A DNA stretch of 64,000 nucleotides from a virus (taxonomy: Duplodnaviria > Caudoviricetes): the IMG/VR virus record IMGVR_UViG_2974592485_000001, positions 1-64,000 of that record. One strand, 5' to 3'. Under the pieces are notes generated by a model. The model saw nothing but the letters and a program-made list of their open reading frames with translations. It had not been told where the DNA came from and searched no databases. Position 1 is the first letter of the stretch; each line of letters starts with the position of its first letter. A program made the translations under genes and the position numbers. This document shows, one piece after another, positions 37,286 to 45,469 of this stretch.

Positions 37286-37587
37286 AAATTTGTTGCTAGG
37301 AAGAAACCTGATTCGGAAAAACAATCCCAGCGATTTTTAGCAGACTTTTAGTTATTGGTTTAGATTAAGCGGAGTTTCCTCGGCAAATCCCTGATCAAGC
37401 TGGCTTTTGCACAGCCACCCACTTGAAACTGCTTACCTCACGCCACAAGTTAATGTCAGTATGGCGATTGACTTAGTGCAAATTCTTTATACTGCTTTGG
37501 GTGTTTCGGGGTTACTCAATACTGGTTCTACTATTAACCCTTATTCGAACTGCTAACCAGTTTAAGAGCGTACTCACAGTATAAATT

Positions 37588-37661
37588 TGGACGACGATAC
37601 TGGATTTTAACCAGTCTAAAGAAGTTTGCAATTTCTCACCTAGTCACTCGGACAATCGTCG
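37588..37661 (-). tRNA. tRNA-Cys(GCA)
   Basis: cloverleaf, U73, CCA. Confidence 0.88.
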
Positions 37662-37724
37662 GTTCTTTACTAACTTTCAATATAAATATTATATCAAATA
37701 ATATAGCTGAAAGCAAATGAATTT

Positions 37725-38201
37725 TTAATCAACAAGCTTCAGAGTAGGGCAATATTTTTCTTTTTTAGCCTTCAGGAACTCAACCGTAATGTTAGTTGCG
37801 GATACTAACTTTTTGTTAGATACTGCCGCCAGTTTTCCTACTGAAGACTCTTTAAGGTTTCTTTTACGTGCAAACTCTGTAACCCTGCCCCAGTTTTTTC
37901 TGATCAAGAATCCTAGACCAAAAATTCCGGAGGCTACTGCTGCACCTACTAAGGGTAGCACGTACAGAGTTGCTAGCGTACCTTTAAGCCCTACTAGGAA
38001 ACCTGTTGCCATTCCCACTAATCCACCAATGATTAGTAATACTGCCCAAATAAACACTAAAAGTGCAGCAGTTTTGGCTACGTTGCCAAACGTATACCAA
38101 AAGTATTCACAACCGTTTTCTAACTCATCTGCTGTGAATCTACTACCCATAGCTCGGTTAAATCGATGTAACTTAGAAGACTTACTAATAGTCCAAGACA
38201 T
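37725..38201 (-). CDS. membrane protein
   Basis: 2 TM, C.YFW and K.KYCP motifs. Confidence 0.8.
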   Translation of the reverse strand: MSWTISKSSKLHRFNRAMGSRFTADELENGCEYFWYTFGNVAKTAALLVFIWAVLLIIGGLVGMATGFLVGLKGTLATLYVLPLVGAAVASGIFGLGFLIRKNWGRVTEFARKRNLKESSVGKLAAVSNKKLVSATNITVEFLKAKKEKYCPTLKLVD

Positions 38202-38202
38202 A

Positions 38203-38397
38203 CTATTTCCTTATCACAATAAAATGTTTTCTTAAGCAAGAAGACGAAACCCACACTTCTTTACCTAGGTCATCAATTATTAGTAAACCTGCTCTTCTAG
38301 CACTTCTTGCTATTACAGGGTATTCTACCCCCATAGAAGTATGCTCTAATAAATGACCCCCTATGAAAGTTTCGTTATACTTTCTAGTAAGTTTCAT
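38203..38397 (-). CDS. hypothetical protein
   Basis: 64 aa. Confidence 0.65.
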   Translation of the reverse strand: MKLTRKYNETFIGGHLLEHTSMGVEYPVIARSARRAGLLIIDDLGKEVWVSSSCLRKHFIVIRK

Positions 38398-38411
38398 ACT
38401 ACTTTCCTATT

Positions 38412-38486
38412 TGGCAAACCCGCTAGGATTCGAACCTAGACCAGCAGTTTTGGAGACTGTTATGCTACCATTAACACCACGGGAAT
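38412..38486 (-). tRNA. tRNA-Trp(CCA)
   Basis: cloverleaf; U.U mismatches in acceptor stem. Confidence 0.88.
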
Positions 38487-38492
38487 ATTGTT

Positions 38493-38598
38493 TGGAGCCT
38501 AGCCTAGGATTCGAACCTAGATGTATTTAACTCTACTGTTAGTTCGAGTACGTTTGACCAGCCTGGATGGGCTGCGCCAGTCCAACTGGCCACTAGAC
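38493..38598 (-). ncRNA. non-canonical tRNA (6-nt anticodon loop, ~38-nt variable region)
   Basis: acceptor + U73 + CCA, perfect T arm, 6-bp D stem. Confidence 0.7.
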
Positions 38599-38605
38599 TA
38601 TAATT

Positions 38606-38680
38606 TGGTGCCCCCTGTTCGTAACGATCGAACCTCTCAAGCTCTTCAGGCAAGCGCTAATCCGTCTCAGCTAAAAGGGC
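38606..38680 (-). tRNA. tRNA-Phe(GAA)
   Basis: cloverleaf, T-loop ATCGTTA, CCA. Confidence 0.85.
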
Positions 38681-38688
38681 ATAATTTG

Positions 38689-38994
38689 TTATTCTTCAGG
38701 ATTCATTGCTTCGTCAATGAGGTCACTTAAATCAATCATACCAATTGACAGGTTACGAAGTTTAAAGACCCGTAAAACCGCTTGGTAGTCTTCTTCCTGA
38801 ATAGAATCTAGCTCTACGGCTAATTCGTTAACTTGAACGGCTTCATTTGTGCCAAAGTAAATCTCCTCAGTAGAAGAGAAGCACGCTCCTTGGGTAAGTA
38901 CCAGAAAGGCTGCCTGCTCGGCAGAGATCTCGTGCAAACCAGAAACATCAAATTCATCTGCATAATTACCTGAAATCCTAAGAATGTGTCGCAT
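38689..38994 (-). CDS. hypothetical protein
   Basis: start MRHILR (AGGAG RBS); NYADEFD and YFGTNE motifs. Confidence 0.75.
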   Translation of the reverse strand: MRHILRISGNYADEFDVSGLHEISAEQAAFLVLTQGACFSSTEEIYFGTNEAVQVNELAVELDSIQEEDYQAVLRVFKLRNLSIGMIDLSDLIDEAMNPEE

Positions 38995-39076
38995 TGTGTA
39001 TCTCCTAAGTAATATTAATGAATAGCTATTATGCTGGAACAAAATAACTATTGGTTAATACCTCTTTGACGATATT

Positions 39077-39153
39077 TGGCAGGGAATGCAGGACTTGAAC
39101 CTGGCTCTATGGGAGTCAAAGGCCCATGTGCTAACCTGTTACACCAATTCCCA
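39077..39153 (-). tRNA. tRNA-Gln(TTG)
   Basis: cloverleaf, CCA. Confidence 0.9.
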
Positions 39154-39159
39154 ATTGTT

Positions 39160-39235
39160 TGGTACACCCAACGGAACTCGAATCCGTATTCTTACCTTGA
39201 AAGGATAATGTCCTAACCTATTAGACGATGGGTGC
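39160..39235 (-). tRNA. tRNA-Glu(TTC)
   Basis: cloverleaf, CCA. Confidence 0.92.
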
Positions 39236-39242
39236 ATTTGTT

Positions 39243-39324
39243 TGGTGGGGCGTCTTGGATTCGAACCAAGGTGTGGTATGCCGGATTTACAGTCCGGTGC
39301 CTTCAACCGCTCAGCCAACTCCCC
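39243..39324 (-). tRNA. tRNA-Tyr(GTA)
   Basis: cloverleaf, CCA. Confidence 0.92.
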
Positions 39325-39333
39325 CAAAATTCT

Positions 39334-39636
39334 TTATGTATTTGACACATCTGGCATCCCAACATACTTAGGGACTACCTGTAGTTGAAACACCCAAGAA
39401 GTTACGTCTTCAAAGGTATCATCATTGTACTGACTAATAGTAGCAACCATATTAGTTAGGTTAATCTCTAAGTCTAGCCGTTTACTATTATCCACAGGTA
39501 CTTCTGCATCTTGCAGCTCTGTTAGAACTTCTGGAGTTAACACTACACTGTAGAATACCATCCATTCGTTATCCCCGTCCCAACCATCCCATGAAGTTAC
39601 TAAGCAACTCTCAATACCGCTAGCAATTAATCTCAT
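39334..39636 (-). CDS. hypothetical protein
   Basis: 100-aa acidic ORF. Confidence 0.7.
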   Translation of the reverse strand: MRLIASGIESCLVTSWDGWDGDNEWMVFYSVVLTPEVLTELQDAEVPVDNSKRLDLEINLTNMVATISQYNDDTFEDVTSWVFQLQVVPKYVGMPDVSNT

Positions 39637-39683
39637 ATCAGTATACCTTTAGTAGATGAAATTTTCAAGATAATAATTTAATT

Positions 39684-39773
39684 TGGCGGAAGGAGAGGGA
39701 CTTGAACCCACAAGGCTGTTTTGCAACCCACTGATTAGCAGTCAGCTCACTTACCAAATTAGTGTATCCTTCC
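39684..39773 (-). tRNA. tRNA-Ser(GCT)
   Basis: long V arm, G73, CCA. Confidence 0.92.
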
Positions 39774-39871
39774 AAATTTATAAATATATTATATAATAAA
39801 ACAAAGCGTTTAGCAAATGCATTTTTATATAATCTATCTATTGCCCCACCGAAGTGGGGCATACTAACAGC

Positions 39872-40459
39872 TTACTGTGCTCTTAGAGAGATTGGAGACT
39901 GAACTCCACTATTAAAAATCTCTTGAGTACGTGAATCAGAAATTACCTGACAGAGTGTGTCCAAGTTCTTCTTAGGGAACCCAGCAAACTTCAGCCAATA
40001 ACCTTTCCAGAAATAATCCAGATTGGTACGGTAATTACGACACTCTTGTAGTTTAAGGGTCTGAGCAATACGGAACTCATCTCGACCTGCCTCAATAACA
40101 GTCTGTAGATTTACAAACAGTTTTGAATCGAACTGTAAGTTATTTTCCTGAATCCACTGCATTACTGCTTTAGAACCACCAGAGCCGTAACGGCCTTCAA
40201 ACGTTGCCTTGATGACCTCTTTCAAGTCATTTTGGTACATCTCAGGAACTTGAATCATCTCCTGAATCTTAACTGTGTATGTAGACAGCTTATTTTCAGA
40301 ATCCTGATTTAGTAACACGATCTGGTTTTCAAACCGTGCACCCTCATTAGTAGCACTAACATAGCTAGCAAATAAAGTACCTCCAATTACCAAAGCAAGT
40401 GCAAAAAGACCTGCCAATACAATCCCAACTTTAGCTCCAACGGTAAGTTCTTTGCTCAT
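39872..40459 (-). CDS. membrane-anchored helical protein (LemA-like)
   Basis: start MSKELT; one N-terminal TM then helical domain. Confidence 0.75.
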   Translation of the reverse strand: MSKELTVGAKVGIVLAGLFALALVIGGTLFASYVSATNEGARFENQIVLLNQDSENKLSTYTVKIQEMIQVPEMYQNDLKEVIKATFEGRYGSGGSKAVMQWIQENNLQFDSKLFVNLQTVIEAGRDEFRIAQTLKLQECRNYRTNLDYFWKGYWLKFAGFPKKNLDTLCQVISDSRTQEIFNSGVQSPISLRAQ

Positions 40460-41522
40460 TAAACAAATCCTCTTTGTGTACATAGTATGCTGCGCCAATA
40501 GATGCTAGCAAGTTAACAATCATTAGGGTGATTAACACTGACATAGGTATTTCAATACTTTCCACCATGTACTTAAATGTTTCGTTAGGTAGACGATGAA
40601 ATTCCTTTGCTATCAGATCAGTCTGACGTTGCACTAACTCTAGTGAGAGAGCACTATCAATAGTCTCAATCCTCAGTCTAGCAAGTAATTCTCTGTTATC
40701 TTGACCATCAGCAAATGAGGTAGCTTTAAACCACTTAACTTTGCTAGAGTCTTTTTCTAGACCATAAACTAGAACCACATCATTTTTCTTACCACCTTCC
40801 CAAGCATGATAAAGAGCTTGGTAGAAGTCTTCTTCAAACTCAGTAACTACAACAGTTATGTTAACCTGCTTATCGGCTCCCAAAGTTTTAAGACGTTCGT
40901 TCAAATAGTGGTTAATGTAGTCATAGTTCTTACCATTAGTAGTTACCACTCGGTTAATCTTGTAGTAATCGTAAATACGAGGATATTTAGGAACTCTACC
41001 CTTGTACTTTTCTACTATAGTTTCATCAGTATGAAAACGAGATTCATCAATTAGCAGGAAGTTTCTAGTAAACTTTTCATCTGCTGCAAAGTCTCCAATA
41101 CTTACTTGAGTAAAACGAGGAGGTTCTTTAAGACCCCTACGGTCTACACGGTCTATGTCAAAGTAGCCTACGGTAGTTTTAACTGTCCAGTCTATATCGT
41201 AAGAATGCTCATCACAGTATATTGGAACACAGGTCTGGTTACCTTTAGAGTCCGTACTACAAGTTTGCCCACACTGGTACTGATGCTCGCATGAGACTTT
41301 CTCACTGTACTTATCTAATACATACCCATTCCAAATTTCTGTATCGCCTGTTTTGGCGTGCATAGCTAACGCTAGAAACCCACAGAGGAGTGCGGTAACT
41401 CCTAAATTAGCTAGAAACTGAACACCCCATTCTTTCAATGTAATTGTGTGGTGAAATACCCACTTAGCTAAAACTGTTACACACAGTGCAGGCAACATAA
41501 GTAGTAAAAGATAATACCCCAT
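40431..41522 (-). CDS. membrane protein with periplasmic (TPM-like) domain
   Basis: 2 N-terminal TM, Cys-rich segment, WEGGKKNDVVLV, C-terminal TM. Confidence 0.8.
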   Translation of the reverse strand: MGYYLLLLMLPALCVTVLAKWVFHHTITLKEWGVQFLANLGVTALLCGFLALAMHAKTGDTEIWNGYVLDKYSEKVSCEHQYQCGQTCSTDSKGNQTCVPIYCDEHSYDIDWTVKTTVGYFDIDRVDRRGLKEPPRFTQVSIGDFAADEKFTRNFLLIDESRFHTDETIVEKYKGRVPKYPRIYDYYKINRVVTTNGKNYDYINHYLNERLKTLGADKQVNITVVVTEFEEDFYQALYHAWEGGKKNDVVLVYGLEKDSSKVKWFKATSFADGQDNRELLARLRIETIDSALSLELVQRQTDLIAKEFHRLPNETFKYMVESIEIPMSVLITLMIVNLLASIGAAYYVHKEDLFNEQRTYRWS

Positions 41523-41875
41523 TAGTCCTCCACAAGTATGTCAGAGGATTTGTGAATTAACTCTGCTTTTGTAGACTCAAATGCTGCTGCTAGTAGCAAG
41601 TATTGAGTTGATAACTGACTTCGTACCTCAGATATATCAACTTGCAACCCTTCTGTAAAACCTTCTCTGACTTTATCGTAAGCAGCCCTCATTACATTAA
41701 GATAATTTCTATCTGTTTCAGGGATATCTGTAGAGTACTGTATTCCGTTTACTTCAACATATACCTTAAAAGGTATTTGAGTACACCCTGAAATGGCTGC
41801 TCTAACTCTCTTTAAATTCCCTAGCCTAGACTGTAGTCTAGAGATTTCACGTTGTAATTCTTCTACAGTAGCCAT
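41522..41875 (-). CDS. hypothetical protein
   Basis: 117 aa, AGGAG RBS. Confidence 0.75.
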   Translation of the reverse strand: MATVEELQREISRLQSRLGNLKRVRAAISGCTQIPFKVYVEVNGIQYSTDIPETDRNYLNVMRAAYDKVREGFTEGLQVDISEVRSQLSTQYLLLAAAFESTKAELIHKSSDILVED

Positions 41876-41897
41876 AGTAGCTCCTAGTTAGTAAAAT

Positions 41898-41972
41898 TGG
41901 TACGCCCTATAGGAATCGAACCTATATCTACGGCTTAGAAGGCCGCTGCTCTATCCATTGAGCTAAGGGCGC
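41898..41972 (-). tRNA. tRNA-Arg(TCT)
   Basis: cloverleaf, CCA. Confidence 0.94.
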
Positions 41973-42011
41973 GTTGTATTTTTAAGAACTCTCGTAAAAG
42001 CTCTTAAAGAT

Positions 42012-42890
42012 ACTGACTAGAAATAGTATCCTGACGATACAGGTTTACTCCTAGTCAATAGTCTCAGTTTTTAAAGTCATGCGTAGACTTGTTCACGGTT
42101 AGTGGAGCTAATCTCCAACAGGTATTACATCCTAGACCTTATAGGGTCATGACTCCACATTTTCGTCTAGGCACCATCGCAACATATTTTGCGTGCACCA
42201 TCGTATGTTTATTGATGTCCTTTACCCATCTTCTCAATGAGTTATCCCGTGCGTTTGGTTGAGGGCTGAGAGGCCACCTCAGATTCACTCAACTATCCAA
42301 GCTCTGTACTAAACGTTACAAACTCGAACCAGAGCGTAGAGTTTATGAGCAGTTTTACAGTCTGACAACTGTACGGTTTAGCTATTTCGATCTAACCTTG
42401 ATAAGACACATCGTGGCCGATTTGCCCTCATAGTATGTACTCTAGCAGCGATCGCGTAGCTATACGCATCAAACACCTAACTCTTTCCCACTGTAGGACT
42501 CGAACCTACGCCTGTACCCCTAGGGTACTATCATTTCCAACTAGACCAAGAGGGCAGTGTTGTTACGTGATCAATTTCGACACCCCGTAATTTGTGGCTG
42601 GTACACCCCTAATAAGACATCCTATTGGCATCCTACTCCAGACATACACTTCCCACATTTAGTAAAGAAGAGTTTACGAGATTCTCAGTCAGCACTGAGG
42701 TTTTCTAGAGGAGAGCGAGCCACAATTCCGAACTTGTCATTCCTCAAACTCACAGATTCTCTCTAGGTATACTCACGATCCAGTTTCACCCGCTAAGACT
42801 ACTACATCCACGTGTACCTCAGCATAGTCTGCCTGCTGTTCTTTACTACATAAATTAAAGCATTTTAGGTGTGCGGTGTGGCACTTTAAC
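42012..42890 (-). ncRNA. large (~870-nt) structured RNA with embedded tRNA-like module
   Basis: downstream of strong promoter, no minus-strand ORF, many helices, D/T arms at 42485-42556. Confidence 0.6.
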
Positions 42891-43003
42891 CTCTTAAGAG
42901 TACCCGAAGTGAACTTTTAGGATCTGACTCCCTCTGTAAACCTTCTTTTCTTTAATTTATGAATCTATTATACAGATTATTTAGCTAAAAAGCAAATGAA
43001 TTT

Positions 43004-43276
43004 TTAATTAAATTCGTCCAACAACTTAACTATTATATCCCCATGACACAGGTTAGGCTTACAAAAACAACCTAAACGCTTCCCCTCTAAGGCTAGAAGT
43101 CTATCTTTAAACGTAGAATCTGTAGATAGCCTATTTCTTAAATGCATCTCATATAATTTAATGCATTTTATTAGGCCATAATCCCTAGCCTCAAAAGGGT
43201 TTCCAAACTCAGAAGGGCGACCTATGTACACATCATATTCTTCGCCCTTCTTTATATTTACTACTTTAGTAGTCAT
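43004..43276 (-). CDS. DUF4326-family protein
   Basis: YDVYIGRPS.FGNPF...LGCFCKP..CHGD. Confidence 0.85.
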   Translation of the reverse strand: MTTKVVNIKKGEEYDVYIGRPSEFGNPFEARDYGLIKCIKLYEMHLRNRLSTDSTFKDRLLALEGKRLGCFCKPNLCHGDIIVKLLDEFN

Positions 43277-43722
43277 TTTCCTGCTTCTTTCAAAACTCTG
43301 TCAGCAATCTGTGATGCCATCTTACCATCATACTGACCAGCAAACTCTGCCTTAAGTAGTCGCATTAAAATGGCTTTAGTAATCACAGTATCTGTGTTTA
43401 GGTCAATAACTTGATTGAAGTACTGGACTAATTGGGCTTCCGATAGCAGTACAGGTGCATAACGTTCCCATAGCTCATCTAGAAGCTCTACAAACAGCTG
43501 ATCAGGTTGATAATCAATCCCCAGCTCATTGGCTTTTGCTTCCGTAGTCTCAATAGCTTTATTTTGAGACTTGATATATTTTAAGAGTTCATCACGACTA
43601 ATGTAATCTTTGTTTATACGTTGTAAGTCCCCTAACACTGTAGATACCGCTACAGTTGGATAACCGTTTTTACGAAAGGTTTCTAGGATTTCTCGTAGAA
43701 CCGTAAGCATATTTTCGCCCAT
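43273..43722 (-). CDS. YqeY/GatB-like protein
   Basis: P.LLSEA.L...G.YDGKMAS pattern. Confidence 0.7.
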   Translation of the reverse strand: MGENMLTVLREILETFRKNGYPTVAVSTVLGDLQRINKDYISRDELLKYIKSQNKAIETTEAKANELGIDYQPDQLFVELLDELWERYAPVLLSEAQLVQYFNQVIDLNTDTVITKAILMRLLKAEFAGQYDGKMASQIADRVLKEAGK

Positions 43723-43730
43723 GATACTTC

Positions 43731-44183
43731 CTATGTTTTTGGTTTATAAAACTTATGCCCATCTATTTTCTTTGTTTTATCTAAGCTCTTAGCCCAATAA
43801 GGGTCTTTTCCACTATGGAAATATAGTGCCCCATGTGTCAAGTCCTCTGTCCAACCTTGGTAATATGTGATTTCAGCTAGTTTCTTAGCCTTATCCCACG
43901 CTTTCTTATTTTTTATCTTTAAACTTTTGTGCTTAGTCCATGTGAATTGACTTGGCTCGTATACTACGGAACAATATGTTGTAGGAAATTTGTTACTATA
44001 AACCCTGTTCCTAATAACTTGTCCCACAGCAGCCTGACCTTCTAAGGAAGTACCTCTAGCTTCAAAGTATATAGCTTGTGCTATACAAGAGATTTCCTTA
44101 GTGTCTTTAGCACTTTTAGTAACCGTACCTACAGTATCATGAGGAATAGTTAGTAAAAGTGTTAACAGCAGCTCTGTTATCAT
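43731..44183 (-). CDS. cell wall hydrolase (SleB/Hydrolase_2)
   Basis: IYFEARG, V..VI.NRV, QFTW, GALYFH, GH.FY. Confidence 0.92.
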   Translation of the reverse strand: MITELLLTLLLTIPHDTVGTVTKSAKDTKEISCIAQAIYFEARGTSLEGQAAVGQVIRNRVYSNKFPTTYCSVVYEPSQFTWTKHKSLKIKNKKAWDKAKKLAEITYYQGWTEDLTHGALYFHSGKDPYWAKSLDKTKKIDGHKFYKPKT

Positions 44184-44192
44184 ATTACCTCC

Positions 44193-44552
44193 AGTTCTAG
44201 GGTAGCTCTATCCTGTAAACAGCCTAGCGGTGTTAAGAGTCATATCTTATGAACTGCTAACCGTTAGTCTAGGATTTCATTAGCTCTGTACTCTGTATTT
44301 TCAAGTTTGATCTTTCAAGTTTAAACTTTTATCGCTAACCTTTAAGCTTGTAAGCTTTAACCTTTGAAGATATGTTAGGCGCGCAGCCTATCAACATTTT
44401 AGAATACGGATTAAATGTCCGGTCTATAACGTCAATCTCCTAGTGAGATTTACCTTTAGGTTTGGTTAGCCACTAAGTTTAACCCCCCGACGTGGCTAAT
44501 AAGGGGTAAGATGTTATCAACTTCGTAAACAGAATAAAGCTACCTTAGAACT
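44193..44552 (-). ncRNA. ~360-nt stem-closed RNA containing 12 tandem heptamers
   Basis: 18-bp closing stem 44193-44210/44535-44552; repeats at 44281-44365. Confidence 0.65.
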
Positions 44553-44578
44553 GCCCTATTTCTAGGGCAGGATTACTA

Positions 44579-45211
44579 TCAAACTTCGATAGTAGTCTTA
44601 GCGTTAGACTCTGACAAGGCAAAGTCAACGTTAAGCTCAAAATCTTCAATAGACTCTTGAAGGGCTTTGATTCGAGCGTCAAGACCAATTGGGTCTAGGA
44701 CGTTAGGAGTGCTACGAACCTCGATAGGCTGAGTAATCATAGCAATATCCTCTGCGGATACCTTCTTATCCTTGCCAAAAGCTGCTGCTCTAGCGTCTTC
44801 TAGCTTCTTGTTAAAGCCTTCCAGACGAGTAGCATGCTCCCGATCCATTTGGATTTTCTGCTTAGTCATAGAGATAAGCAACTGCTTTTCATACCCAATG
44901 CTACGCTTAGCCTCAATTGCAGCAGCTACAGTCATAACCTTCTGACCTATAGTTACCTCTGTTACTGCGTTAGAGGCTACGATAGCTGCTTTGATCTTAG
45001 CTCGCTCAGAAATCATATCAGTAACACTTTGAAGTGCTCCAGTGATCTGGGAGGTCACGTCTTCTACGGTGTTAGAGTAGCCCGCAACCTTAGTAAAGTT
45101 ACCTGTACCATCTGTTTGTGCGTAAAACTTCAAACGAGGAAGCTCACGCTCAATTTTAGCATCCAGTGCCTTTGCAGTTGCCAGTGCTTTAGTAATTGTC
45201 ATAGTAGTCAT
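44579..45211 (-). CDS. conserved helical protein (DIP1984/DUF6847-like by eye)
   Basis: start MTTMTITKAL (AGGAG RBS); C-terminal DFALSESNAKTTIEV. Confidence 0.8.
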   Translation of the reverse strand: MTTMTITKALATAKALDAKIERELPRLKFYAQTDGTGNFTKVAGYSNTVEDVTSQITGALQSVTDMISERAKIKAAIVASNAVTEVTIGQKVMTVAAAIEAKRSIGYEKQLLISMTKQKIQMDREHATRLEGFNKKLEDARAAAFGKDKKVSAEDIAMITQPIEVRSTPNVLDPIGLDARIKALQESIEDFELNVDFALSESNAKTTIEV

Positions 45212-45469
45212 GTGTATTCTCCTAATTAATCTTTGAGGTTTAGTTTTTTTGTTATTCTTGGTTAATAACCTTAACCAGTCCACCTGTAGCTCGGTTCAGC
45301 AGGGCTAGTACTTTGATATGCCCTGAGGTAATTTCTTTCTGTTTACGTTCATCACGAGCTGAAGACTGTTTGATTTTGCGTGGCTTTTTGGATACTGGCA
45401 TTTTTATTTTCCTTTGTTCAAATTAGATAAATATTATACGACATTTTTAAGCATCAGGCAAATATAATT

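Noticed and set aside
39139-39327. ORFs overlapping tRNA genes (also 39665-39862, 29945-30133, 33589-33777, 35991-36209, 38521-38730)
   Set aside because: Spurious frames across tRNA sequences.
42557-42766. Plus-strand 69-aa ORF (likewise 35674-35877 and 59684-60100)
   Set aside because: Antisense to local transcription, with no RBS.
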